Shown: positions 24,480 through 37,910, counted from the stretch's first letter. The stretch: DNA of 64,000 bases from Octopus bimaculoides (GCF_001194135.2 NC_068984.1:8328359-8392358); one strand, 5' to 3'. Notes: a model not told the origin generated them from the letters alone. A program made the numbers and translations.

Positions 24480-25235
24480 GAATGCGTGTGTGTTTGTGTG
24501 TGTGTTTGTTTGTTTGTGTGTGTGTGTGTTTGTTTGTTTGTGTGTGTGTGTGTGTGTGTGTGCAGTTAATCTCGTACAGTTGCTAATATTTATATACCAC
24601 TGAACCTTAGACATCCATAAGCGTTACCCGTGAAATGAAGTGAAAAACAATAGAAACATTTAACGTGAAAAATTATATATATATTTTTTTTATTTGTGTT
24701 TCAGCCAAGTGGCTGCGGTCATGCTGGTGCACCACCGTGCAAAAAAATGGTAAAAATTGAAACAAATGGAATAATCAAAGGGGGGAATAAAAATGTAAAT
24801 TCTTTGCAACGTAAAGATTGAAATGAAGATATTGCATTTTACATATATTGAATACTTTCACATGTATAATATCTGAAAATCAGAATGTATACCTGTGTAA
24901 TATTTCTTATATGACTCATGTTTCTGATCATATATAGATAATTTTCTTTTCTCTTTCTAAAATATATTTTTGCGCCAAATATGAGAAAATCAAATTCGCA
25001 AATTTTTTAGGAATAAATTATACCGTGTACATAGACATGAATATAATCCTATAGTTAATACATACGTATGTATATATTTATATCTATGCATCTATATTCA
25101 GAGTAATTTGAAATTTTTTATATTTCCATTGTTATGTATCTCTGTTTCTGGCCAATCTATACAACCAGCCATACGTACATACAATTCCGGATAAATGCAC
25201 AAAATACACATGTATGATCATACCGTGCCTCTTTG

Positions 25236-25290
<55 letters not shown>

Positions 25291-25604
25291 NNNNNNNNNN
25301 NNNNNNNNNNNNNNNNNNNNNNNNNNNNNNNNNNNNNNNNNNNNNNNNNNNNNNNNNNNNNNNNNNNNNNNNNNNNNNNNNNNNNNNNNNNNNATACGTA
25401 TATACAGGGTGATTCAGATGTCATCATACACAGGAACAATTTATTTTTTATAAGAAACAGTTTATAAGAACAGTTTTATTGTTTTTTATTTAACAGTCTC
25501 TATATGGCTACCATTGTTTTGAATACACATTGCAATACGTTTACCCCACTCATTCTGAACTCGTAATAGTACATCTGGTGATACGTGTGCAAAGGAGTTG
25601 GTGA

Positions 25605-25938
25605 AAGGATAAAAGGCAAAGTCGACCTCGGAGGAATTTGAACTCAGAACGTAAAGACAGACGAAATAACGCTAAGCATTTCACACGGCGTGCTAACGTT
25701 TCTTATTTCTTTATTGCTCACAAGGGGCTAAACATAGAGGAAACAAACAAGGATAGATACAGGGATTAAGTCGGTTACATTGACCCCAGTGCGTAACTGG
25801 TACTTAATTTATCGACCCCGAACGGATGAAAGGCAAAGTCGACCTCGGCGGAATTTCAACTCAGAACGTAAAGATAGACGAAATACCGCTAAGCATTTCT
25901 CAAAACGTGCTAACGTTTCTGCTAGCTCACTGCCTTAA
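25605..25938 (-). mobile_element. SINE family B tandem dimer
   Basis: Two head-to-tail copies joined at GCTAACGTTTC|TTATTTCTTTATTG. Confidence 0.8.
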
Positions 25939-28900
25939 ATAAATGAAAATATTGAAGACGTAGAACTATGGATTATGAACTACGGAAGCAGTAATGTGTT
26001 TCGGCTATGTGGAAAATGAAAATAATTTAAACGTAAATAACAAAATTAGACGTTGTAGAAAAACTAAACTAACACATATTCATATTCTATATTGTCGAAG
26101 ATGAGAATATGTAAGACGTAGATAATATAATTACCATTCCATCACATATTCTACAGTGTAAAAGCTAAAAGGAATTGCGTCGTCAATGTTACAATTTCAT
26201 TTTTTGCAAACATGAAACAGTTACAATTTAATAATGCAGGAAACTATCCATTTAGGATAGTTACCATTATTTGTTAATAATAAGGGTTTTAATTAGTCTG
26301 CTATATAATGCAAACAAAATAAGTGCATAGATTTACTCGAATGTTTCTTAAAGGAACACAAACATATTGTAATTGACTATATCGTCTAGAGAAATTTCTG
26401 TACAAATTGTTTTGACAGAGGTACACTGGTATATTAGTTTGTGTTCGGCCTCAGAGATATAAAATAACAATAGGTTTAGAACCAGTACTCAACGGAATTA
26501 AATAATATTTAAACTACGATCTATATATCTCCGCATTCTGTTATGTTTTCCAAAACAATGCCTTGAATATATTGAACAATATAATTTAGATATATTGTCC
26601 TGAATTTTCATATTCTACATTGTCTTGCCTAGAAAGACCGGGATAATAGAAGCGAAGTAAACTCAAGTTTGGCTATATCAATACACTTCTCTTTATGTTT
26701 ACATATTTATTTTGATCGCTGGAATTGCAGACATTGTGTAGCTTTCGATCGGAACAGAATTTTCCTTTCATCTTGTCTTATGCTGTGTTTAATAATTGCT
26801 TTGCTAATAGTTTTTTTTAAGTTGTTTTCAGTGACCATAATCTTTTCTTATTGTATCTTGCTGTGTATCTGTACGATAAATCATTATTTAATCGGTAATC
26901 TTACGAGCAACTCGATTGCAGATGTAATACGAAGCATGTTTATAGTTTGGTGATTCATGGCAGCCATATACTTCAAGGAGATAGTCAATCCCTGAATTGA
27001 AATCTACGTTTCTTCCTCACCAACCCAAAATGAATGTGTCATGTGTGTCATTGATTATGGTGAATGCTTTTTAGTCGAAATACGTTTTTTTTTAATTATT
27101 TGCTGTTTTCATTCCAGAAATGATTTTTATTCAATGTATAACATTCGATTAAAATAACAATTACTCGAACCCATTAATAATGTAGATAGGGGATGAGATA
27201 ATACCAGTTGAATCTTGATGAATCCGGCATACAATTAAGAATTTTCTAATCACGAATATTCTGTGACACTTTTCTACACCCGAGATTATATGCTTTGATA
27301 TGTCCTTCTGTTTTTAAGATAGTATGCCTATGATTGGATGCAAAACTTACTGCTATTTTTAACAGTTTATTTTAGAGCGCAAAGGTTCCTGCACTGATTT
27401 GAAGATCTTTGATATTTCATGAATGTTGTATGAAATGGTGTATGCTGTAAATGTCAACGCTGCCAACATTCTGAGAGAATGTTATTTCAGCATTTACAAG
27501 GCATTCAATAACGAATCACTGATTATATAAGTGATGTTGGCGCATTTATTACAGCTTTATAGCAACAGCTGATGATATTCACATTAATATTTCATCGTAT
27601 ATAATGTACGCTGATGTGTTTCCCATCGGTACTGTTAGCTTTGGTTGTGATGTCCATTGAGAGAAAACAAATGGTAGATCTTTTTTTTTTTAAACTTTAT
27701 ATATAAATCTGGCTACAATAATATTTACATCCGTAGGAATCTGTGTCAGTAAATTAATATTAAATACTTTAAGAGAGTTTTTTTGTATCTTAAAGCCAGA
27801 AGAAATAAAACAGAATATTTTATTGTTATTTACCTCTTCAATGTGATTGATGTCATGCATCACCGGACCGAGTTTTATACAAATCAAGTGAATACAAAAT
27901 GGCTGCATTTATCTGTATATCTTTGGCCGTATATTGTGCCTACGATTCAATTTTATGGGATTGCGAATGCGCTTTGTAACTTTATTACATTCAATTGTGT
28001 GTTTTGTCAATACACGCTGTTGAATATTGGTATCCTTCTTGCTGTTTACTCAATGTCCGTTTTACTATTCACAAGGCTCTGTTTATGACATTGAAAATGT
28101 GTATCTGTATTTTCCCAAGATATTTTCTCCATCATACTAAATAAAAGCATTTTGATGAAGCTGCTACCTAAATTCACCGATAGAAGTTGTCTTAACAATA
28201 TTTATTGTCATATCTTTTCAACTTTTGCATGACAATTATTTCGTTACTTCTGTTTAAGTCCAAGGACAAATATTTATAAATCCTAGATAACCACATTCTT
28301 ATATTTAACATTTTCTGACCAGTAGTTATCCATGAAAGAGATTCATATCGCGATGTCTCATTCAGCAGAACCACCAGACAGGAAATTTTCCAGCGGAATT
28401 CCTTTTGACAAATATACTGGGTAATGGTTCCGCTTCCTGGATAGCTCACAGATATAGTGAGATATCCAGAATCTTCCATAAAGAGAGATCTCCTCCCAAA
28501 CCATTGAATTGGGGAATATTATTTTCATGAGGAATATAGCCACGCTCTGTTAGTGTTTTGCACAAATTCAAAATCGCATTAATCTCGTGTGAAACCTCGT
28601 TTCCCACAACGTGAAAGCTTCCACTCATCTCTCATCACACAGCAAATATGTATGTCTAAAACATATAACTACACCTCAGAATATAATGGCATGTATATGT
28701 TTCTACGTGTAAAGGTTATTCGACAGGGTGTGTAGCCTGGAGATGAAGGAGTTTCTCCGGGGGCGTCGAACTGCTATGTCTTCGCATTGAGTCATCACAA
28801 CACCTGCATTACGGATATGTGTTTACAATGTCGCAAGAATGAATCGCAAAACGGATTCTTCAAACCGAACCAACCGTCAGGATTCCTAGGAATTGGCCGA

Positions 28901-29943
28901 GAACAAGATGATTAAATAATATCCATAGTCTCATTTGATCATGCTTGGGACTCCAGCTTCTGATAGGACCCTATGGAGAAGGTAGTTAATGAATCTACAC
29001 ACCAGAAATCTTATAGGCTTAGTGGGCAGAAACAATTGCTGGCTGGATGGATGGATGGATGGATAGATGGATAAGTCAATTGTGATTTTAACTGTATAGT
29101 TACATACTCTGTTAGCATATTATGCTGTTGTATGAACACAGACATCCTGTGTATATTCTTCATTTATCCAAAATAATGGCACTTTATAGCCTCATTTTCA
29201 TTTCTCGTCGCAAGTAAACATATCGATCTTTCAGTCTCTAATTCGACATAGATTCATTATTTCGTAGATTTACGACCTCGATAATGTTTATCCAACTAAC
29301 TCCTCTATGGTGAGTAGAGCAATCTCTCGTAAGCCTAATAATATATAATTACTGTAAACTCGTTGTAATTATCATACAATTAGGCTCTCGCTGCACAACA
29401 GGGATGTTTGTTCAGTTGGGTTGTGTGAGTCACAAAGGATTGCTTGATTTTGTCGTTATTAAAATGAGTACACACTGAATATAATTATTCCACCATTAGA
29501 AGCAAATAGCGCTGATCCTCTGCTGATTAAGGAATTGCTAATTGTACTTCTCTATTTCATTATGTATGTTTGCAAAATTAAAATGAATGGGGACATAATA
29601 TGTTATTAAACACTGTTGACACTAGACGAGGTTCTAATAGAGAGTTCTCGTGACGGGGCAGCAGAAAGTTTTGGAAGAGAAAAGCACAATAACCACAGTA
29701 TGGGAAAAGGCAGAATTGTTCTTATATTTTAACGGCTTCTGAAAAGAGATTAGAAGGGGTTAAAACACAATTATCCTTAAAATTATTATATACATTTACA
29801 GTTTCATATATATACATATGTATACATACATATATATAGATATATCTATAAATACATACATACATTCATGCATTCATACACGCATACATACATACATACA
29901 TACATACATACATACATACATACATACATACATACATACATAC

Positions 29944-30435
29944 AAAATCAGCTGTCCTGCGGATGTCAACATCCCACTAAACGTTAGAGAAAAAAAGAGA
30001 ACAACTACGCCGAGCTACTGAGAAATTTACAGATACTCCACCCAGACTACAAGTTCAGATTCATACCCGTGATTGTTGGGGCATTGGGATATGTAACGAA
30101 CTGCCTCAACAAAACCTGGAAAAATTAGGGTTCTCAAAACCTGAAAGAAAAAGGCTGATTAGAAGACTACAGATTCAAGCCATCAATGGAACTGTAAAGA
30201 TATGTAAAACTGTCCAAAAATATGGAACATAAATACATATGCATGCATCTAAAACGCATCCATAAAACAAACATACAAATCTGCGCATACACTAACACCA
30301 AATACTGCACACGCACACATATGCACAAATACCTAGATGATGTTGATAAAAGTTCCAATGAAGGAGCCTTGAATCTATGTTAGAGTCCGGCTCTTTCTCT
30401 ATGGACAAGAAATACAGAAATGAAACTGATTGATA
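29944..30435 (+). pseudogene. 5'-truncated RLE-type (R4/Dong-like) LINE: endonuclease C-terminus and 3' UTR
   Basis: ISCPADVNI..EK.NNYAELLRNLQILHPDYKFRFIPVIVGALGYV..LEKLGFSKPERKRLIRRLQIQAINGTVKICKT; (CATA)n on both sides. Confidence 0.8.
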
Positions 30436-30469
30436 ACATACATACATACATGCATACATACATACATAC

Positions 30470-31725
30470 ATAATAGACAGCACCGAGATGATCCTAACAT
30501 TGATNNNNNNNNNNNNNNACATGCATACATACATACATACATAATAGACAGCACCGAGATGATCCTAACATTGATCATCAAAGCAGTCTATCATGGATCA
30601 AGTGCCGGATTACTACCTCCCATTTTGAAGGGTATGCTTTTTCAATCGAGGAACAGGACTTATCAACAAATGTATATGATGCACAAAAAGGACAGAGATG
30701 CAGCAAAAGCAGTGAAATGTGACAACCGATGCAGACTTTGTGGAGTTAAGTGCCAGTACTCATACCAACATTTAGGCTGCTTGATTGGACGCTTGATGAG
30801 ATCCGGGCCAATGATGTGAAAACCCGGAAAGTATTAACAAACACCCATAATTTCCACATAAGCAGTGACATAGTCCATTTATACCTAAAACGAAAACAAG
30901 GCAGCAGAAGCTTAACATCGATCCAAAATGCCTTTCATGTCGCCTCATATCCCTTCGGCAACATCTTTTAATCACCTAGTGTCGAAGTGCATCCATTGAC
31001 CAAGATTGCATACGTGAGGCTGATAACATCATAAGACTTGGAAAGCAGCTCCTTGAGCAACATTCTTTCTCCGATAACCTAGAATACATGTCCAGAAATG
31101 TCGCACGACTCTACCGCAACGTATCATCAGATGAAAGGATGAGCCTACATGGGCAAAAGACTATGCATAGATATGTTAGTAGAAACCTCCGTGATGATAG
31201 TAACATAGTATCTGTCCATAACATCAAGGACAATTATTCAGATGACTACCTCCCATTTTGAAGGGTATGCGATTGTAATCCAGGAACATAAAATATCAAC
31301 CAAGTACATGATGCAGAAAAGGGATAGAGATGCAGGAAAATCCGTAAAATATGACAACCGGAGCAGACTTTGTGGAGTCCACACTGAAGATATCACCTAA
31401 ATCATAAGCAATTGTCCGAAAATGTCATCACAGTATTATCTACCGATGAGACATGATGTTGTAGCTAGGACGCTCTATAATGAAATCCGTCGAAAAGATA
31501 ACGCCGAGAACAAAGAAATAAGAACCCACAATATGGTAGAAGCCATAGCCACTCATCATAAGAAAAATACTGGTGGAATGTACTAGTCAAAACCTCAGTG
31601 AAATATAAGAACAAGAGACCTGATCCATGATTTGGGATAGAGACGACAAAGCTAATTCGAAGACTACACATCCACTCCATCGCTGGAACTGTAAGAATCT
31701 GTAAAACTTTTCAGACGTTTATTAT
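30470..31725 (+). pseudogene. Rearranged fragments of the same RLE-type LINE (post-RT, zinc knuckle, RLE)
   Basis: VPVLIPTF.LLDWTLDEI..DVKTRK..LYLKRKQG; TSHFEGYA..CDNRCRLCG; IISNCPKM..RHDVVA..KRPD..IWDRDDK; GTVRICKTF. Confidence 0.8.
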
Positions 31726-31751
31726 TTAAATATATAAGAAATGCAACTATA

Positions 31752-32060
31752 GAGAAGACCCCATTCGGTCATGAATGACCATGGGATTGCACCTAGAAAG
31801 TTACTCTCCGAGGCACAAGTCCGGGCAAGTTTGTTTATGGAAGACCAGCGGTCATCCATGCATACCGGTCTCCCCTCTCCATACCACCGATGTTATCCAA
31901 GGGAAAGACAAAGGGGCCGATACAGCTTGGCACTAGTGACGTTGTAACTTATTTCTACAGCTGAGTGAACTGGAGCGACGTGAAATAAAGTGACTTGCTC
32001 AAGAACACAACACACAGCCTGGTCCGGGAATTGAACTCACAACCTCACGATCGTAAGCTC
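31752..32060 (-). mobile_element. tRNA-derived SINE family C with a CORE/Meta-like central block
   Basis: Minus strand reads B-box GAGTTCAATTCCCGG, then GTTGTGTTCTTGAGCAAGTCACTTTATTTCACGTCGCTCCAG; homologous to the 61545 copy. The domain name is from memory. Confidence 0.75.
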
Positions 32061-32061
32061 C

Positions 32062-32708
32062 ATTGCAGCTTTACAGGATGAAACACGGGTCCATAACTAT
32101 GACCCTGAAACTAAAGTCCTGTCGAAGCAATGGAAGCATAGGTCACCACCTCCAAAGAAGGCTCCTGTCCATCCCTCAGCTGGCAAGGTGATGTTCACAG
32201 TCTTTTGAGACCAGCGTGGAGTAGTGATGATGGATATTCTGGCAAGGGGCACCACAATTAACGGGACATGTGCTTCTCTGCTGCAGATATTGCAGGATGC
32301 CATCAAAGCAGAGAGGCTTCGCATACTGACCAAAGGAGTCGCCTTTTCCAAGACACCGCCCCAGTTCACAATGCGGTTGTTGTCCAGATGAAAGCAAAAC
32401 GTCTGCGGTCATGAAATCCTTCTTCATTTCCCTTACTCGCTCGGCCCGGCACCATCTGACTTTCACCTCTTTGCAACCATGAAGTCTTCCTTGAAGGGGA
32501 AACACTTTTCGGATGATGATGAACATATTTCCAGACGCAACCCAGCGACTACAACAAACGAGGTCTTCACAACTCCATAAAGCTATGGGAGAAGTGTTTC
32601 ACCATTGGTGGTGCCTATGTAAAGAAGGAATAATAATTACGCTAAGTTTCGGTTATCTCAGTCATTGGGAAGTGGGTCAAGGGAAATCTTTAATAAACAC
32701 CTCTCTTG
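32062..32708 (+). pseudogene. Mariner (D,D34D) transposase remnant with right TIR
   Basis: QDETRVHNYDPETK..KQWKH..SAGKVMFTVF..QDTAPVH..PYSLGPAPSDFHLF..LKGKHF..WEKCFTIGGAYV; ends AAACACCTCTCTTG|TA. Confidence 0.85.
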
Positions 32709-33509
32709 TATATACATATATACATATATACATATGTGTGTGTGTGTGTGTGTATGTGTGTGTATTTATGTATCTTGTGGTGGGGCTGATGATATCGTGG
32801 AGGAGGAAAATAATAAGAAGAGGAGAACGCTGGCAGTATGGATGCTGTTGGCAACGACGGCTAATCTTGAGAGAGCAGAGGCAAGTAATGAAAATGAGAG
32901 AGAGGGGCAGAAAGAGAAACAGAAAGAGGTATTAAAGAAGATGAAAAAGAAAAAAAAGCATAAAAAGATGCTGAAGATTAATAACAACAGCAAAACAAAA
33001 GAACAACAACGACGACGACGATGACAACAACAGCAACAACAACAACAACAACAAGAAACTGGTAGGCATCTGAATCCCATCTGACCATAGCATGACGCGA
33101 ATTGATATGGAGAAGTGTCAAAATGTAATGATCTTCGAATTTAGATAGCAGAACTGGTGGCAAAAAGTATAAAAAAAATAACGATGAAGTGCAGAGAACG
33201 AGGCATGATAAAAAATATTGCTGTAAAACGTACAAAGTAGTCCAGGACACACAACATTATACACAACCTGTAAAAAGTTGTTCTGCTAATAAGAAATCAC
33301 ATTCTAAGCAAGTTATTTTCAATTCTATATCTCAGCACAAACATCGTAATCTCTACATAAACACAACCCCTAGAAAATATGGAATAATGGAATAGATTAC
33401 TGTATTGTGATAAGAAGATTGGCATTTCTAACAGGTCATTCTCAAGAATCGAAGTCTGTGATACGTTTTTCTCTGAACGTTTCTGTCACCTTTGTCGTTA
33501 TGTTACGCC

Positions 33510-33760
33510 TTGTTCGAATGCCTGACACGTAGCTACCCAAGAGACTGTTTCACAGTAAAATGGTCGACAGCAAGCGCACGCAAGTTGGACACAAAAAGTG
33601 CTTCAAGGACGCACTCAAAGTTTCACTAAAGGGATTTGTAATCAATGCCGACACCTGGGAAATGCAAACACAGGGCCCCCCAGCCTGGTTAAGCTGCATC
33701 AATAGAAGTTTCACATCCTACGAGCAGAACTGGATTGCAGGGGACACAAAGAAAACGAAT
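33510..33760 (+). pseudogene. RTE-clade LINE 3' fragment
   Basis: RMPDT.LPKRLFHSKMVDSKRTQVGHKKCFKDALKVSLKGFVINADTWE..PAW matches the RTE post-RT pattern. Confidence 0.7.
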
Positions 33761-34084
33761 TTCGATCAAACGAAATCCAATTATTACAGGATAATCTCCA
33801 TTGGGATTAACAATATTTGCATTAGAAGTTCGTGAGAATTAATGATGGTCTGTTTCACCAACTTCTAAATACATCAATTTCACTGCGGAATAAATTATTT
33901 TATTGCGAAGAAGAAGACTGATGTTTCCCAATCGATTTCTTTGATGTAGAAAAAATAAAGGTCTTCAATTGTAATTGAATTAGTTTCCCTTTGAATGTTT
34001 CAAAGTTGTGAGGGGCCCCGAAGGCGTACAATAAGGGATTGGTTTCTTTTCTCTGTTTTATTCTTGTTGAGAGTCAAGCAGCGC

Positions 34085-34295
34085 AAGTAGTTATTTCTCT
34101 GCTGCTTTAGTCATTAGACCGCGATCATGCTGGGGCACCGCCTTGAAAAGTCTTACTTGATTGCATCGACACCAGTGCTTTGCTTTAAAGCTGGGTACGT
34201 GTTCTGTCGGCTGCATTTGCCGAACCCCTAAGTTACGGTGATATAAACACACCACCACAGGTTGTCAAGTGATTTTAATTAACAAACACAGACAC
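34085..34295 (-). mobile_element. SINE family A, 3' half
   Basis: GCGATCATGCTGGGGCACCGCC...GCCGAACCCCTAAGTTACGG...GGTTGTCAAG. Confidence 0.7.
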
Positions 34296-34323
34296 AAAGA
34301 GACATATACAACGTATGTTCATA

Positions 34324-34358
<35 letters not shown>

Positions 34359-35021
34359 NNNNNNNNNNNNNNNNNNNNNNNNNNNNNNNNNNNNNNNNNN
34401 NNNNNNNNNNNNNNNNNNNNNNNNNNNNNNNNNNNNNNNNNNNNNNNNNNNNNNNNNNNNNNNNNNNNNNNNNNNNNNNNNNNNNNNNNNNNNNNNNNNN
34501 NNNNNNNNNNNNNNNNNNNNNNNNNNNNNNNNNNNNNNNNNNNNNNNNNNNNNNNNNNNNNNNNNNNNNNNNNNNNNNNNNNNNNNNNNNNNNNNNNNNN
34601 NNNNNNNNNNNNNNNNNNNNNNNNNNNNNNNNNNNNNNNNNNNNNNNNNNNNNNNNNNNNNNNNNNNNNNNNNNNNNNNNNNNNNNNNNNNNNNNNNNNN
34701 NNNNNNNNNNNNNNNNNNNNNNNNNNNNNNNNNNNNNNNNNNNNNNNNNNNNNNNNNNNNNNNNNNNNNNNNNNNNNNNNNNNNNNNNNNNNNNNNNNNN
34801 NNNNNNNNNNNNNNNNNNNNNNNNNNNNNNNNNNNNNNNNNNNNNNNNNNNNNNNNNNNNNNNNNNNNNNNNNNNNNNNNNNNNNNNNNNNNNNNNNNNN
34901 NNNNNNNNNNNNNNNNNNNNNNNNNNNNNNNNNNNNNNNNNNNNNNNNNNNNNNNNNNNNNNNNNNNNNNNNNNNNNATATATATGCTTATGCATGTATG
35001 TATATATAGTATATGTTAAAG

Positions 35022-35345
35022 TGTTAAAGAAGAAAATGGACAGTTTTAACTTGATAACATCAATTTATTAACATATTGTTAATTTGCATTTGCCTAGAAT
35101 TGTTTCCATATCTGACCCATTCAAATTACAAATTTATAAATTAAAATTGTATTTCGAAAATTACAAGTTAAATATTTCTTTGCCCTGAAGAAATATTTAA
35201 CTCGCAATATTCAATATGCATCTATAATTTATAAATTTGTAATTTGAATGAGTCGGATATGGAAACAATTGTAGACAAATGTAAATTAACAATATGTTAA
35301 TAAATTGATGTTATTTGTTAAAACTCTCCGTTTTCTTCTATAACA
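35022..35345. mobile_element. AT-rich, almost fully palindromic MITE-like element, about 325 bp
   Basis: About 120-bp outer arms (TGTTAAAGAAGAAAATGG...TTTATAAATTA and its inverse) plus an inner 15-bp pair AGTTAAATATTTCTT / AAGAAATATTTAACT. Confidence 0.8.
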
Positions 35346-35568
35346 TGTACTGTATGAAAATATAAACATATATATCGCGGTGAAACACACATCTATTAAT
35401 ATATGCCTGGACTCTGTAACGTTTTTCATATTTGTGCCATTACTAAATAATAAACATCAACACTACTAAGTAAAACGTGACCCCTGAGTATTTCATTGAT
35501 ATACAGGGTTAAACAGGGGAAACTTGTATGCTAACATCTATTTTAAGAGCAATTTATATCCTTGCAAT

Positions 35569-35614
<46 letters not shown>

Positions 35615-36376
35615 NNNNNNNNNNNNNNNNNNNNNNNNNNNNNNNNNNNNNNNNNNNNNNNNNNNNNNNNNNNNNNNNNNNNNNNNNNNNNNNNNNNNNN
35701 NNNNNNNNNNNNNNNNNNNNNNNNNNNNNNNNNNNNNNNNNNNNNNNNNNNNNNNNNNNNNNNNNNNNNNNNNNNNNNNNNNNNNNNNNNNNNNNNNNNN
35801 NNNNNNNNNNNNNNNNNNNNNNNNNNNNNNNNNNNNNNNNNNNNNNNNNNNNNNNNNNNNNNNNNNNNNNNNNNNNNNNNNNNNNNNNNNNNNNNNNNNN
35901 NNNNNNNNNNNNNNNNNNNNNNNNNNNNNNNNNNNNNNNNNNNNNNNNNNNNNNNNNNNNNNNNNNNNNNNNNNNNNNNNNNNNNNNNNNNNNNNNNNNN
36001 NNNNNNNNNNNNNNNNNNNNNNNNNNNNNNNNNNNNNNNNNNNNNNNNNNNNNNNNNNNNNNNNNNNNNNNNNNNNNNNNNNNNNNNNNNNNNNNNNNNN
36101 NNNNNNNNNNNNNNNNNNNNNNNNNNNNNNNNNNNNNNNNNNNNNNNNNNNNNNNNNNNNNNNNNNNNNNNNNNNNNNNNNNNNNNNNNNNNNNNNNNNN
36201 NNNNNNNNNNNNNNNNNNNNNNNNNNNNNNNNNNNNNNNNNNNNNNNNNNNNNNNNNNNNNNNNNNNNNNNNNNNNNNNNNNNNNNNNNNNNNNNNNNNN
36301 NNNNNNNNNNNNNNNNNNAAAAAAAAAACACCTGTTTTTATATAAATAAGCAAGATCTCTGTATTTTCACAGAATT

Positions 36377-36418
36377 ATATTTGACAAGTTCGAAAGACGA
36401 ACGAAAGCGCTAGAATAT
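36377..36418 (+). ncRNA. Minimal hammerhead-like motif with U3-A8 core and damaged stem I
   Basis: AUAU-UUGACAA-GUUCG(AAAGA)CGAAC-GAA-AGCGCU-A-GAAUAU: perfect 5-bp stem II and palindromic stem III; stem I needs a 2-nt bulge. Confidence 0.5.
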
Positions 36419-36479
36419 GTATAAAACAAATGAAAGAAGTTATTACAAAATTCTGACGATTTTTTTTTCAATATATATA

Positions 36480-36648
36480 TGACGGGTGTCTTTGAGTTTC
36501 CGTCGACCAAATCCACTCTCGAGGCTTTAGTTGTCTTGAGATAATAGCAGAAGACGCTCACCTAAATTGCCACGCGGTAGAGCTAAATCCGCAACCATGT
36601 GGTTGGGTAGCAAGCGTACCACGCAACCACGATTGCGCCTCTAATGTT
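36480..36648 (-). mobile_element. SINE family A head
   Basis: Reverse complement of the 5155 head and body (TTTCCGTCGACCAAATCCACTC...AACCATGTGGTTGG). Confidence 0.7.
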
Positions 36649-37289
36649 TAGCTAGAAAAACAGTGTAATGAAGCAACTTTCGCATAGTTAAAACACAATT
36701 GATAGTAAAATATATTGCAGGAAAGACTGTAATGAGAGGAATTATAGACGTGTAGTAAAGTCCATGTTTATATTTTTTTTATTATGAGATATCTATTTAA
36801 TAAATCTACAAGTTAATATTTGTCATAGTCAACTGATCGTTAGATACCAGGAATACTGTATGAGACGGTTTTCTCGTAATTTCATTCAAATGAATATAAT
36901 TAAGATTGATTGATATAAAATAATTAGTGACGTGGGAGGTTAGAGTTTAGTAAATTAACAGTTCTTGTTAGATACCAGTAAACTAACAGCTTTCCAAGCA
37001 TTGGTTTGTGAATACTTCAAAGAAAGTTGCTAGGAAGTGTCGACAGTATTGTCAATGATATCATCAACGTCAATTAAAACACCTTTTGTTTTTCATCTTT
37101 AAATTATATTAGTAATGAAAGATTTGCGAATGTAATATTTTTGCCCATAAGCAGATTCAAGAAATGGTAGAAAACAGTCTCTTATGAGTTTTTGTCATCG
37201 CGTTAGGATTATTATGTGATCCTTAATTAGAGTTGTTATGTATCATATTCTATAACGAGGCCCATAATAATTGTTTGTGCTATAGTTAC

Positions 37290-37910
37290 AAGGCCTGAAA
37301 TTTTGAGGGCCATGGGGTTCGTCGATTACGTCTACCCCACGTATCAACTGGTACTTATTTTATCGATCCCAAAAGGACGTAAAGCAGGAGGAAATCCCTC
37401 GATGGATTTTGTCGGGTGTGCTAACGATTCTGCTAGCTCGCTGCCATATTGTGGCACATAAGCATCCTTCCTACTGCATGGGTGAATTTTTTGCGGGGAA
37501 GGGGACAGGACGATTTTATTGACCCCCACCCCAGTGCTCAAGTGCCACTTATTTTATCGAAGCCGAAAGGATGAGAAATATATTTACTGCCTTCATTAGT
37601 TTGCTTATGCCGCTCAACCTCTTCACACTGGCAGAGAAGCTTAAAGATAATTGCTTTTTGAGAGTTCTTTGCATTTTGGGTGATATTTCAAAACGAACGA
37701 AGTTGATGAGTTGGCAGAGATATTAAGACACCTGGAAAATACTTAACACCATTTCGCCCGTCGTCACTTTCTGAGTTTAAATTCTGCCGAGGTCGATTTT
37801 ACTTTTAATCCTTTTGCGGTCGATGAAGTAAGTACCATTTAAACACTAGCTCTATGTATTCGACTTATCCCCTCCTGAAAAATTGCTGGCCTTGTGTCAA
37901 AATTTGAAAG
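37290..37910. mobile_element. Cluster of three partial SINE B copies (37290-37450 -, 37490-37575 -, 37760-37910 +)
   Basis: Shared CTGGTACTTATTTTATCGA and GAGTTTAAATTCTGCCGAGGTCGATTTT blocks. Confidence 0.6.

Noticed and set aside
28190-28920. Overlapping short ORFs in repeat-poor sequence, one faintly SEFIR/TIR-like (NAILNLCKTLTERGY..GGDLSLW)
   Set aside because: Frames are short and mutually overlapping, with no convincing splice pair or motif. A tblastx or RNA-seq check would be needed.
30448-30575. Exact duplication of about 57 bp either side of a 14-N gap
   Set aside because: Looks like an unmerged contig overlap, i.e. an assembly artefact.
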